A DNA stretch of 64,000 nucleotides from the human T2T-CHM13v2.0 reference genome, Homo sapiens, in NCBI RefSeq assembly GCF_009914755.1, contig NC_060937.1; one strand, written 5' to 3'. Numbering within the stretch: the stretch's first letter is position 1; each line of letters begins with the position of its first letter. A program made the translations under genes and the position numbers. The notes below the pieces were generated by a model. The model had not been told where the DNA came from. It saw only the letters and a list, made by a program, of their open reading frames with translations, and made no database searches. This document shows positions 45,901 through 62,900 of this stretch, piece after piece.

Positions 45901-48605
45901 CAAACTATACATTATATACTGTACATAAAATATGAAATTACATCAAATATGTATTATATTGGGTACATAAAATATGAAAGTACATCAAATAAATTATTAA
46001 TTGTACATAAAATATCAAAGAACCCCAAATATATATTATATACTGTACATGAAATATCAAAGTTCACAAACTATATATTATATACTGTACATAAAATATC
46101 AAGGTACCCAAGGTATATATTCTATACTGTACAAAAAATATCAAAGTACCCAAAGCATGTATTATATACTGTACCTAAAATATGAGAATACATCAAATAT
46201 ATATTTTGTTCTGTACATAAAATATCAAAGTACACCAGATATATATTTTATACTGTACATAAAATATCAAAGTACCCAAACTATACATTACATACTGTAC
46301 ATAAAATATGAAATTACATCAAATATATATTATATTAGGTATATAAAATATGAAAGTACATAAAATATAGATGATATACTGTACATAAAATATCAAAGTA
46401 GCCCAAATATATATTATACAGTGTACATGAAATATCAAAATTTACAAAATATATATTATATAATGTACATAAAATATCAAAGTACCCAAAGCAAGTATTA
46501 TTTACTGTACATAAAAATAAAAGTACATCAAATATATATTTTATTCTGTACATAAAATATCAAAGTACAGCAGATATATATTTTATAGTGTACATAAAAT
46601 ATCAATGTACCCAAACTATACATTACATACTGTAGATAAAATATGAAATTACATCAAATATATATTATATTAGGAACATAATATATGAAAGTACATCAAA
46701 TATAGATTATTAACTGTACATAAAATATCAAAGAACCCCATATATATATTATATACTGTACATGAAATATCAAACTTCACAAACTATGTATTATATAATG
46801 TACATAAAATATCAAAGTACCCAAGGTATATATTCTATACTGTACAAAAAATATCAAAGTACCCAAAGCATGTATTATATACTGTACATAAAATTTGAAA
46901 GTACATCAGATATATATTTCATTCTGTACATAAAATATCAAAGTACACCAGATATATATTTTATAGTGTACATAAAATATCAAAATACCCAAAATATACA
47001 TTATAAACTGTACATATAATATGAAATTACATCAAATATATATTATATTAGTTACCTACAATATGAAAGTACATCAAATATAGATTATTAACTGTATATA
47101 AAATACCAAAGAACCCCAAATATATATTATATACTGTACATGAAATATCAAAGTTCACAAACTATATATTATATACTGTAGATAAAATATCAAAGTACCC
47201 AAGGTATATATTCTATACTGTACAAAAAATATCAAAGTACCCAAAGCATGTATCATATACTGTACATAAAATATGAAAGTACATGAAATATATATATTAT
47301 TCTGTACATAAAATACCAAAGTACACCAGATATATATTTTATAGTGTACATAAAATATCAAATTACCCAAACTATACATTATATACTGTACATAAAATAT
47401 GAAAGTACATCAAATTATATTATATTTGTTACCTAAAATATGAAAGTACATCAAATATAGATTATTAACTGTACATAAAATATCAAACTACCCAAATATA
47501 TATTATATACTGTACATGAAATATCAAAGTTCACAAACTATATATTATATACTGTACATAAAATATCAAAGTACACAAGGTATATATTCTATACTGTACA
47601 ATAAATACTAAAGTACCCAAAGCATGTATTATATACTGTACATAAAATATGAAAGTACATCAAATATATATTTTATTCTGTACATAAAATATCAAAGTAC
47701 ACCAGATATATATTTTATAGTGTACATAAAATATCAAAGTACCCAAACTTTACATTACATACTGTACATAAAATATGAAATTACATCAAATATATGTTAT
47801 ATTAGGAACATAAAATATGAAAGTACATCAAATGTAGATTATTAACTGTACATAAAATATCAAAGAACCCCAAATATATATTATATACTGTACATGAGAT
47901 ATCAAACTTCACAAACTATATATTATATACTGTACATAAAATATCAAAGTACCCAAGGTATATATTCTATACTGTACAAAAAATATCAAAGTACCCAAAG
48001 CATGTATTTTATACTGTACATAAAATATGAAAGTACATCAAATATATATTTTATTCTGTACATAAAATATCAAAGTACACCAGATATATATTTTATAGTG
48101 TACATAAAATATCAAAGTACCCAAACTATACATTATATACTGTACATAAAATATGAAATTGCATCAAATATACATTATATTAGTTACCTAAAATATGAAA
48201 GTACATCAAATATAGATTATATACTGTACAGAAAATATCAAAGTACCCCAAATATATATTATATACTGTACATGAAATATCAAAGTTCACAAACTATATA
48301 TTATATACTGTAGATAAAATATCAAAGTACCCAAGGTATATATTCTATACTGTACAAAAAATATCAAAGTACCCAAAGCATGTATCATATACCGTACATA
48401 AAATATGAAAGTACATCAAATATATATATTATTCTGTACATAAAATATCAAAGTACACCAGATATATATTTTATAGTGTACATAAAATATCAATGTACCC
48501 AAACTATACATTATATACTGTACATAAAATATGAAAGTACATCAAATATATATTATATTAGTTACCTAAAATATGAAAGTACATCAAATATAGATTATTA
48601 ACTGT
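42940..48605 (+). repeat. HSat1A sequence-subfamily 'B' domain 2
   Basis: Same diagnostic variants as 33420-38395; no 5-bp-deleted monomer 1 between about 42100 and 48920. Confidence 0.85.
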
Positions 48606-51600
48606 ACATAAAATATCAAAGTACCCCAAATATATATTATATACTGTACATGAAATATCAAAGTTCACAAACTATATATTATATACTGTACATAAAATAT
48701 CAAAGTATCCAAGGTATATATTCTATACTGTACAAAAAATATCAAAGTACCCAAAGCATGTATCATATACTGTACCTAAAATATGAAAGTACATCAAATA
48801 TATATTTTATTCTGTACATTAAATATCAAAGTACACCAGATATATATTCTATAGTGTACATAAAATATCAAAGTACCCAAACTATACATTATATACTGTA
48901 CATAAAACGTGAAATTACATCAAATATATATTAGGTACATAAAATATGAAAGTACATCAAATATAGATTATATACTGTACATAAAATATCAAAGTACCCC
49001 ACAGATATATTTTATCCTGTATATGAAATATCAAATTTCACAAACTATATATTATATACTGTACATAAAATATCAAAGTACCCAAGGTTTATATTCTATA
49101 CTGTACAAAAAATATCAAAGTATCCAAAGCACGTATTATATACTGTACATAAAATATGAAAGTACATCAAATATATATTTTATTCTGTAGATAAAATATC
49201 AAAGTACACCAGATATATATTCTATAGTGTACATAAAATAACAAAGTACACAAACTATAAATTATATACTGTACATAAAATATGAAATTACATCAAATAT
49301 ATATTAGGTACATAAAATATGAAAGTACATCAAATACAGATTATATACTGTACATATAATATCAATGTACCCCAAATATATATTTTGTACTCTACATGAA
49401 ATATCAAAGTTCACAAACCATATATTATATACCGTACATAAAATATCAAAGTACCCAAGGTATATATTCTATAATGTACAAAAAATATCAAAGTACCCAA
49501 AGCATGTATTATATACTGTACATAAAATATGAAAGTACATCAAATATATATTTTATTCTGTACATAATATATCAAAGTACACCAGATATATACTCTATAG
49601 TGTACATAAAATAACAAAGTACCCAAAATATACATTATATACTTTACATAAAATATGAAATTTCATCAAATATATATTATATTAGTTACCTAAAATATGA
49701 AAGTACATCAAATATAGATTATTAACTGTACATAAAATATCAAAGTACCCCAAATATATATTATATACTGTACATGAAATATCAAAGTTCACAAACTATA
49801 TATTATATACTGTACATAAAATGTCAAAGTACCCAAGGTATATATTCTATACTGTACAAAAAATATCTAAGTACCCAAAGCATGTATCATATACTGTACA
49901 TAAAATATGAAAGTACATCAAATATATATATTATTCTGTACATGAAATATCAAAGTACACCAGATATATATTCTATAGTGTTGATAAAATAACAAAGTAC
50001 ACAAACTATAAATTATATACTGTACATAAAATATGAAATTACATCAAATATATATTAGGTACATAAAATGTGAAAGTACATTAAATATAGATTATATACT
50101 GTACATATAATATCAATGTACCCCAAATATATATTTTATACTCTACATGTAATATCAAAGTTCACAAACCATACATTATATACTGTACATAATATATCAA
50201 AGTACCCAAGGTATATATTCTATACTGTACAAAAAATATCAAAGTACCCAAAACATGTATTATATACTGTACATAAAATATGAAAGTACATCAAATATAT
50301 ATTTTATTCTGTACATAAAATATCAAAGTACACCAGATATATATTCTATAGTGTACATAAAATATCAAAGTACCCAAACTATACATTATATACTATACAT
50401 AAAATATGAAATTACATCAAATATATATTATATTAGGTACATAAAATATGAAAGCACATCAAATATAGATTATATACTGTACATTAAATACCAAAGTACC
50501 CCAAATATATATTTTATACTGTACATGAAATATCAAAGTTCACAAACTATATATTATATACTGTACATAAAATATCAAAGTACCCAAGGTATATATTCTA
50601 TACTGTACAAAAAATATCAAAGTACCCAAATCATGTATTATAAACTGTACATAAAATATGAAAGTACATCAAATATATATTTTATTCTGTACATAATATA
50701 TCAAAGTACACCAGATATATATTCTATAGTGTACATAAAATAACAAAGTACACAAACTATAAATTATATACTGTACATAAAATATGAAATTACATCAAAT
50801 ATATATTACGTACATAAAATATGAAAGTACATCTAATATAGATTATATACTGTACATAAAATATCAATGTACCCCAAATATATATTTTATACTCTACATG
50901 AAATATCAAAGTTCAGAAACCATATATTGTATACTGTACATAAAATATCAAAATACCCAAAGTATATATTCTATACTGTACAAAAAATATCAAAATACCC
51001 AAAGCATGTATTATATACTGTACATAAAATATGAAAGTACATCAAATATATATTTTATTCTGTACATAAAATATCAAAGTACACCAGATATATATTCTAT
51101 AGTGTACATAAAATATCAAAGTACCCAAACTATACATTATATACAGTACATAAATTATGAAATTACATCAAATATATATTATATTAGGTACATAAAATAT
51201 GAAAGTACATCAAATATAGATTATATACTGTACATTAAATACCAAAGTACCCCAAATATATATTTTATACTCTACATGAAATATCAAAGTTCACAAACCA
51301 TATATTATATACTGTACATAAAATATCAAAGTACCCAAGGTATATATTCTATACTGTACAAAAAATATCAAAGTATCCAAAGCATGTATTATATACTGTA
51401 CATAAAATATGAAAGTACATCAAATATATATTTTCTTCTGTACAAAAAATATCAAAGTACACCAGACATATATTCTATAGTGTACATAAAATATCAAAGT
51501 ACCCAAACTATACATTATATACTGTACATAAAATATGAAATTACATCAAATATATTTTATATTAGGTACATAAAATATGAAAGTACATCAAATATAGATT

Positions 51601-54275
51601 ATATACGGTACATTAAATACCAAAGTACCCCAAATATATATTTTATACTGTACATGAAATATCAAAGTTCACAAACTATATATTATATACTGTACATATA
51701 ATATCAAAGTACCTGAGGTATATATTCTATACTGTACAAAAAATATCAAAGTACCAAAAGCATGTATTATATACTGTACCTAAAATATGAAAGTACATCA
51801 AATATATATTTTATTCTGTACATAAAATATCAAAGTACACCAGATATATATTCTATAGTGTACATAAAATATCAACGTACCCAAACTATACATTATATAC
51901 TGTACATAAAATATGAAATTACATCAAATATATATTAGGTACATAAAATATGAAAGTACATCAAATATAGATTATATACTGTACATAAAATATCAAAGTA
52001 CCCCAAACATATATTATATACTGTACATGAAATATCAAAGTTCACAAACTATATATTATATACTGTACATAAAATATCAAAGTACCCAAGGTATATATTC
52101 TATACTGTACAAAAGATATCAAAGTACCCAAAGCATGTATTATATACTGTACATAAAATATGAAAGTACATCAAATATATATTTTATTCTGTACATAAAA
52201 TATCAAAGTACACCAGATATATATTCTATAGTGTACATAAAATATCAAAGTACCCAAACTATTTATTATATACTGTACATAAAATATGAAATTACATCAA
52301 ATATATATTATATTAGGTACATAAAATATGAAAGTACATCACATATATAGATTATATGCTGTACATTAAATACCAAAGTACCCCAAATATATATTTTATA
52401 CTCTACATGAAATATCAAAGTTCACAACCATACATTATATACTGTACATAAAATATCAAAGTACCCAAGGTATATATTCTATACTGTACAAAAAATATCA
52501 AACTACCCAAAGCATGTATTATATACTGTACATTAAATATGAAAGTACATCAAATATATATTTTATTCTGTACATATAATATCAAAGTACACCAGATATA
52601 TATTCTATAGTGTACATAAAATATCAAAGTACCCAAACTATACATTATATACTGTACATAAAATATGAAATTACATCAAATATATATTAGGTACATAAAA
52701 TATGAAAGTACATCAAATATAGATTATATACTGTACATAAAATATCAAAGTACCCCAAATATATATTATATACTGTACATGAAATATCAAAGTTCACAAA
52801 CTATATATTATATACTGTACATAAAATATCAAAGTACTCAAGGTATATATTCTATAATGTACAAAAAATAACAAAGTACTAAAAGCATGTATTATATACT
52901 GTACCTAAAATATGAAAGTACATCAAATATATATTTTATTCTGTACATAAAATATCAAAGTACACCAGATATATATTCTATAGTGTACATAAAATATCAA
53001 AGTACCCAAACTATACATTATATACTGTACATAAAATATGAAATTACATCAAATATATACTAGGTACATAAAATATGAAAGGACATCAAATATAGATTAT
53101 ATACTGTACATAAAATATCAAAGTACCCCAAATATATATTATATACTGTATATGAAATATCAAAGTTCACAAACTATATATTATATACTGTACATAAAAT
53201 ATCAAAGTACCCAAGGTATATATTCTATACTGTACAAAAAATATCAAAGTACCCAAAGCACGTATTATATACTGTACATAAAATATGAAAGTACATCAAA
53301 TATATATTTTATTCTGTACATAAAATATCAAAGTACACCAGATATATATTCTATAGTGTACATAAAATAACAAAGTACACAAACTATAAATTATATACTG
53401 TACATAAAATATGAAATTACATCAAATATACATTAGGTACATAAAATATGAAAGTACATCAAATATAGATTATATACTGTACATAAAATATCAATGTACC
53501 CCAAATATATATTTTATACTCTACATGAAATATCAAAGTTCACAAACTATATATTATATACTGTACATAAAATATCAAAGTACCCAAGGTATATATTCTA
53601 TACTGTACAAAAAATATCAAAGTACCCAAAGCATGTATTATATACTGTACATAAAATATGAAAGTACATCAAATATATATTTTATTCTGTACATAAAATA
53701 TCAAAGTACACCAGATATATATTCTATAGTGTACATAAAATATCAAAGTACCCAAACTATACATTATATACTGTACATAAAATATGAAATTACATCAAAT
53801 ATATATTATATTAGGTACATAAAATATGAAAGTACATCAAATATAGATTATATACTGTACATTAAAAACCAAAGTACCCCAAATATATATTTTATACTGT
53901 ACATGAAATATCAAAGTTCACAAACTATATATTATATACTGTACATAAAATATCAAAGTACCCAAGGTATATATTCTATACTGTACAAAAAATATCAAAG
54001 TACCAAAAGCATGTATTATATACTGTACCTAAAATATGAAAGTACATCAAATATATATTTTATTCTGTACATAAAATATCAAAGTACACCAGATATATAT
54101 TCTATAGTGTACATAAAATATGAAAGTACCCAAACTATACATTATATACTGTACATAAAATATGAAATTACATCAAATATATATTATATTAGGTACATAA
54201 AATATGAAAGTACATCAAATATAGATTATATACTGTACATAAAATATCAAAGTACCCCATATATATATTATATAC

Positions 54276-57200
54276 TGTACATGAGATATCAAACTTCACA
54301 AACTATATATTATATACTGTACATAAAATATCAAAGTACCCAAGGTATATATTCTATACTGTACAAAAAAATCAAAGTACCCAAAGCATGTATTTTATAC
54401 TATACATAAAATATGAAAGTACATCAAATATATATTTTATTCTGTACATAAAATATCAAAGTACACCAGATATATATTTTATAGTGTACATAAAATATCA
54501 AAGTACCCAAACTATACATTATATACTGTACATAAAATATGAAATTACATCAAATATATACTATATTAGGTACATAAAATATGGAAGTACATAAAATATA
54601 GATGATATACTGTACATAAAATATCAAAGTAGCCTAAATATATATTATACAGTGTACATGAAATATCAAAATTTATAAAATATATATTACATAATGTACA
54701 TAAAATATCAAAGTACCCAAAGCAAGTATTATATACTGTACGTAAAAGATGATAGTACATCAAATATATATTTTATTCTGTACATAAAATATCAAAGTAC
54801 ACCAGATATACATTTTATAGTGTACATAAAATATCAAGGTACCCAAACTATACATTATATACTGTACATAAGATATGAAATTACATCAAATATATATTAT
54901 ATTAGGTAAGTAAAATATGAAAGTACATCAACTATAGATTATATACTGTACATAAAATATCAAAGAACCCCAAATATATATTATAAACTGTACATGAGAT
55001 ATCAAACTTCACAAACTATATATTATATAATGTACATAAAATATCAAAGTACCCAACGTATATATTCTATACTGTACAAAAAATATCAAAGTACCGAAAA
55101 CATGCATTATATACTGTACATAAAATATGAAAGTACATCAAATATATATTTTATTCTGTACATAAAATAACAAAGTACACCAGATATATATTTTATAGTG
55201 TACATAAAATATCAAAGTACCCAAACTATACATTACATACTGTACATAAAATATGAAATTACATCAAATATATATTATATTAGGAACATAAAATATGAAA
55301 GTACATCAAATATAGATTATTAACTGTACATAAAATATCAAAGTACCCCAAATATGTATTATATACTGTACATGAAATATCAAAGTTCACAAACTATATA
55401 TTATATACTGTAGATAAAATATCAAAGTACCCAAAGTATATATTCTATACTGTACAAAAAATATCAAAGTACCCAAAGCATGTATTATATACTGTACATA
55501 AAATATGAAAGTACATCAAATATATATTTTATTCTGTACATAAAATATCAAAGTACACCAGATATATATTTTATAGTGTACATAAAATATCAAAATACCC
55601 AAAGTATACATTATAAACTGTACATAAAATATGAAATTACATCAAATATATATTATATTAGTTACCTAAAATATGAAAGTACATCAAATATAGATTATTA
55701 ACTCTACATAAAATATCAAAGAACCCCAAATATATATTATATACTGTACATGAAATATCAAAGTTCACAAACTATATATTATATACTCTACATAAAATAT
55801 CAAGGTACCCAAGGTATATATTCTACACTGTACAAAAAATATCAAAGTACCCAAAGCATGTATTATATACTGTACATAAAATATGAGAGTACATCAAATA
55901 TATATTTTATTCTGTAAATAAAATATCAAAGTACACCAGATATATATTTTATAGTGTACATAAAATATCAAAGTACCGAAACTATACATTATATACTGTA
56001 CATAAAATATGAAATTACATCAAATATATATTATATTAGGTACATAAAATATGAAAGTACATAAAATATAGATGATATACTGTACATAAAATATCAAAGT
56101 AGCCCAAATATATATTAAACAGTGTCCATGAAATATCAAAATTTACAAAATATATATTATATAATGTACATAAAATATCAAATTACCCAAAGCAAGTATT
56201 ATATACTGTACGTAAAAGATGAAAGTACATCAAATATATATTTTAGTCTGTACATAAAATATCAAAGTACACCAGATATATATTTTATAGTGTACATAAA
56301 ATATCAAGGTACCCAAACTATACATTATATACTATACATAAAATATGAAGTTACATCAAATATATATTATATTAGTTACCTAAAATATGAAAGTACATCA
56401 AATATAGATTATATACTGTACAGAAAATATCAAAGTAGCCCAAATATATATTATACACTGTACATGAAATATCAAAGTTCACAAACTATATATTATATAC
56501 TGTACATAAAATATCAAAGGACCCAAACTATACATTACATACTGTACATAAAATATGAAATTACATCAAATATATATTATATTAGGAACATAAAATATGA
56601 AAGTACATCAAATATAGATTATTAACTATACATAAAATATCAAAGAACCCCAAATATATATTATATACTGTACATGAGATATCAAACTTCACAATCTATA
56701 TATTATATACTGTACATAAAATATCAAAGTACCCAAGGTATATATTCTATATTGTACAAAAAATATCAAAGTACCCAAAGCATGTATTATATACTGTACA
56801 TAAAAGATGAAAGTACATCAAATATATATTTTATTCTGTACATAAAATATCAAAATACACCAGATATATATTTTATAGTGTACATAAAATATCAAAGTAC
56901 CCAAACTATACATTATATACTGTACATAAAATATGAAATTACATCAAATATATATTATATTAGGTACATAAAATATGAAAGTTCATCAAATATAGATTAT
57001 ATACTGTACATAAAATATAAAAGTACCCCAAATATATATTATATACTGTACAAGAAATATCAAAATACACAAACTCTATATTATATACTGTAGAAAAAAT
57101 ATCAAAGTACCCAAAGCAAGTATTATTTGCTGTACATAAAAATGAAAGTACATCAAATATATATTTTATTCTGTACATAAAATATCAAAGTACACCAGAT

Positions 57201-59941
57201 ATATAATTTATAGTGTACATAAAACATCAAGGTACACAAACTATACATTATATACTGTACATAAAATATGAAATTACATCAAATATGTATTATATTGGGT
57301 ACATAAAATATGAAAGTACATCAAATAAATTATTAATTGTACATAAAATATCAAAGAACCCCAAATATATATTATATACTGTACATGAAATATCAAAGTT
57401 CACAAACTATATATTATATACTGTACATAAAATATCAAGGTACCCAAGGTATATATTCTATACTGTACAAAAAATATCAAAGTACCCAAAGCATGTATTA
57501 TATACTGTACCTAAAATATGAGAATACATCAAATATATATTTTGTTCTGTACATAAAATATCAAAGTACACCAGATATATATTTTATACTGTACATAAAA
57601 TATCAAAGTACCCAAACTATACATTACATACTGTACATAAAATATGAAATTACATCAAATATATATTATATTAGGTATATAAAATATGAAAGTACATAAA
57701 ATATAGATGATATACTGTACATAAAATATCAAAGTAGCCCAAATATATATTATACAGTGTACATGAAATATCAAAATTTACAAAATATATATTATATAAT
57801 GTACATAAAATATCAAAGTACCCAAAGCAAGTATTATTTACTGTACATAAAAATAAAAGTACATCAAATATATATTTTATTCTGTACATAAAATATCAAA
57901 GTACAGCAGATATATATTTTATAGTGTACATAAAATATCAATGTACCCAAACTATACATTACATACTGTAGATAAAATATGAAATTACATCAAATATATA
58001 TTATATTAGGAACATAATATATGAAAGTACATCAAATATAGATTATTAACTGTACATAAAATATCAAAGAACCCCATATATATATTATATACTGTACATG
58101 AAATATCAAACTTCACAAACTATGTATTATATAATGTACATAAAATATCAAAGTACCCAAGGTATATATTCTATACTGTACAAAAAATATCAAAGTACCC
58201 AAAGCATGTATTATATACTGTACATAAAATTTGAAAGTACATCAGATATATATTTCATTCTGTACATAAAATATCAAAGTACACCAGATATATATTTTAT
58301 AGTGTACATAAAATATCAAAATACCCAAAATATACATTATAAACTGTACATATAATATGAAATTACATCAAATATATATTATATTAGTTACCTACAATAT
58401 GAAAGTACATCAAATATAGATTATTAACTGTATATAAAATACCAAAGAACCCCAAATATATATTATATACTGTACATGAAATATCAAAGTTCACAAACTA
58501 TATATTATATACTGTAGATAAAATATCAAAGTACCCAAGGTATATATTCTATACTGTACAAAAAATATCAAAGTACCCAAAGCATGTATCATATACTGTA
58601 CATAAAATATGAAAGTACATGAAATATATATATTATTCTGTACATAAAATACCAAAGTACACCAGATATATATTTTATAGTGTACATAAAATATCAAATT
58701 ACCCAAACTATACATTATATACTGTACATAAAATATGAAAGTACATCAAATTATATTATATTTGTTACCTAAAATATGAAAGTACATCAAATATAGATTA
58801 TTAACTGTACATAAAATATCAAACTACCCAAATATATATTATATACTGTACATGAAATATCAAAGTTCACAAACTATATATTATATACTGTACATAAAAT
58901 ATCAAAGTACACAAGGTATATATTCTATACTGTACAATAAATACTAAAGTACCCAAAGCATGTATTATATACTGTACATAAAATATGAAAGTACATCAAA
59001 TATATATTTTATTCTGTACATAAAATATCAAAGTACACCAGATATATATTTTATAGTGTACATAAAATATCAAAGTACCCAAACTTTACATTACATACTG
59101 TACATAAAATATGAAATTACATCAAATATATGTTATATTAGGAACATAAAATATGAAAGTACATCAAATGTAGATTATTAACTGTACATAAAATATCAAA
59201 GAACCCCAAATATATATTATATACTGTACATGAGATATCAAACTTCACAAACTATATATTATATACTGTACATAAAATATCAAAGTACCCAAGGTATATA
59301 TTCTATACTGTACAAAAAATATCAAAGTACCCAAAGCATGTATTTTATACTGTACATAAAATATGAAAGTACATCAAATATATATTTTATTCTGTACATA
59401 AAATATCAAAGTACACCAGATATATATTTTATAGTGTACATAAAATATCAAAGTACCCAAACTATACATTATATACTGTACATAAAATATGAAATTGCAT
59501 CAAATATATATTATATTAGTTACCTAAAATATGAAAGTACATCAAATATAGATTATATACTGTACAGAAAATATCAAAGTACCCCAAATATATATTATAT
59601 ACTGTACATGAAATATCAAAGTTCACAAACTATATATTATATACTGTAGATAAAATATCAAAGTACCCAAGGTATATATTCTATACTGTACAAAAAATAT
59701 CAAAGTACCCAAAGCATGTATCATATACCGTACATAAAATATGAAAGTACATCAAATATATATATTATTCTGTACATAAAATATCAAAGTACACCAGATA
59801 TATATTTTATAGTGTACATAAAATATCAATGTACCCAAACTATACATTATATACTGTACATAAAATATGAAAGTACATCAAATATATATTATATTAGTTA
59901 CCTAAAATATGAAAGTACATCAAATATAGATTATTAACTGT
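54276..59941 (+). repeat. HSat1A sequence-subfamily 'B' domain 3 (copy of domain 2)
   Basis: Copy of 42940-48605 at +11336. Confidence 0.85.
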
Positions 59942-62900
59942 ACATAAAATATCAAAGTACCCCAAATATATATTATATACTGTACATGAAATATCAAAGT
60001 TCACAAACTATATATTATATACTGTACATAAAATATCAAAGTATCCAAGGTATATATTCTATACTGTACAAAAAATATCAAAGTACCCAAAGCATGTATC
60101 ATATACTGTACCTAAAATATGAAAGTACATCAAATATATATTTTATTCTGTACATTAAATATCAAAGTACACCAGATATATATTCTATAGTGTACATAAA
60201 ATATCAAAGTACCCAAACTATACATTATATACTGTACATAAAACGTGAAATTACATCAAATATATATTAGGTACATAAAATATGAAAGTACATCAAATAT
60301 AGATTATATACTGTACATAAAATATCAAAGTACCCCACAGATATATTTTATCCTGTATATGAAATATCAAATTTCACAAACTATATATTATATACTGTAC
60401 ATAAAATATCAAAGTACCCAAGGTTTATATTCTATACTGTACAAAAAATATCAAAGTATCCAAAGCACGTATTATATACTGTACATAAAATATGAAAGTA
60501 CATCAAATATATATTTTATTCTGTAGATAAAATATCAAAGTACACCAGATATATATTCTATAGTGTACATAAAATAACAAAGTACACAAACTATAAATTA
60601 TATACTGTACATAAAATATGAAATTACATCAAATATATATTAGGTACATAAAATATGAAAGTACATCAAATACAGATTATATACTGTACATATAATATCA
60701 ATGTACCCCAAATATATATTTTGTACTCTACATGAAATATCAAAGTTCACAAACCATATATTATATACCGTACATAAAATATCAAAGTACCCAAGGTATA
60801 TATTCTATAATGTACAAAAAATATCAAAGTACCCAAAGCATGTATTATATACTGTACATAAAATATGAAAGTACATCAAATATATATTTTATTCTGTACA
60901 TAATATATCAAAGTACACCAGATATATACTCTATAGTGTACATAAAATAACAAAGTACCCAAAATATACATTATATACTTTACATAAAATATGAAATTTC
61001 ATCAAATATATATTATATTAGGTACATAAAATATGAAAGTACATCAAATATAGATTATATACTGTACATTAAATACCAAAGTACCCCAAATATATATTAT
61101 ATACTCTACATGAAATATCAAAGTTCACAAACTATATATTATATACTTTATATAAAATATCAAAGTACCCAAAGTATATATTCTATACTGTAAAAAAAAT
61201 ATCAAAGTACCCAAAGCATGTATTATATACAGTAAATAAAATATGAAAGTACATCAAATATATATTTAATTCTGTACATAATATATCAAAGTACACCAGA
61301 TATATATTCTATAGTGTACATAAAACATCAAAGTACACAAAGTATACATTATATACTGTACATAAAATATGAAATTACATCAAATATATATTATATTAGG
61401 TACATAAAATATGAAAGTACATCAAATATAGATTATATACTGTACATAAAATATCAAGGTACCCCAAATATATATTATATACTGTACAAGAAATATCAAA
61501 GTTCACAAACTATATATTATATACTGTACATAAAATATCAAAGTACCCAAGGTATATATTCTGTACTGCACAAAAAATATCAAACTACCCAAAGCATGTA
61601 TTATATACTGTATATAAAATATGAAATTACATCAAATATATATTTTATTCTGTACATAAAATAGCAAAGTACACCAGATATATATTCTATAGTGTACATA
61701 AAATATCAAAGTACCCAAACTACACATTATATACTGTACATAAAATATGAAATGACATCAAATATATATTATATTAGGTACATAAAATATGAAAGTACAT
61801 CAAATATAGATTATATACTGTACATATAATATCAAAGTACCCCAAATATATATTTTGTACTCTACATGGAATATCAAAGTTCAGAAAACATATATTACAT
61901 ACTGTACATAAAATATCAAAGTACCCAAGGTATATATTCTATACTGTACAAAAAATATCAAAGTACCGAAAGCATGTATTATATACTGTACATAAAATAT
62001 GAAAGTACATCAAATATATATTTTATTCTGTACATAAAATATCAAAGTACACCAGATATATATTCTATAGTGTACATAAAATATCAAAGTACCCAAACTA
62101 TACATTATATACTGTACATAAAATATGAAATTACATCAAATATATATTATATTAGGTACATAAAATATGAAAGTACATCAAATATAGATTATATACTGTA
62201 TAATAAAAATACCAAAGTACCCCAAATATATATTTTATACTGTACATGAAATATCAAAGTTCACAAACTATATATTATATACTGCACATAAAATATCAAA
62301 GTACCCAAAGTATATATTCTATACTGTACAAAAAATATCAAAGTACCCAAAGCATGTATTATATACTGTACATAAAATATGAAAGTACAACAAATATATA
62401 TTTTATTCCATACATAAAATATCAAAGTACACCAGATATATGTTCTATAGCGTACATAAAATATCAAAGTACACAAACTATACATTATATACTGTACATA
62501 AAATATGAAATTACATCAAATATATATTATATTAGGTACATAAAATATGAAAGTACATCAAATAGAGATTATATACTGTACATTAAATACGAAAGTACCC
62601 CAAATATATATTATATACTCTACATGAAATATCAAAGTTCACAAACTATATATTATATACTGTACATAAAATATCAAAGTACCCAAGGTATATATTCTAT
62701 ACTGTACAAAAATTATCAAAGTACACAAAGCATGTATTATATACTGTATATAAAATATAAAAGTATATTAAATATATATTTTATTCTGTACATAAAATAT
62801 CAAAGTACACCAGATATATATACTATAGTGTACATAAAATAACAAAGTACACAAACTTTAAATTATATACTGTACATAAAATATGAAATTACATCAAATA

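Larger units (their letters stand above)
38328..61021 (+). repeat. 11,336-bp tandem duplication (two copies: about 38328-49663 and 49664-61021)
   Basis: Every ORF from 38438 to 49396 recurs at +11336 (e.g. 38919/50255, 42075/53411, 44786/56122, 49396/60732). Shared private variants include GTGTTGATA, CATCACATATATAG, AAAACGTGAAA and CCCACAGAT. Confidence 0.95.

Noticed and set aside
14273-62485. Short minus-strand hydrophobic ORFs (MYSLGTLIFYV...)
   Set aside because: Reverse-complement translations of the same repeat, opened by single substitutions. The hydrophobicity reflects T-rich codons.
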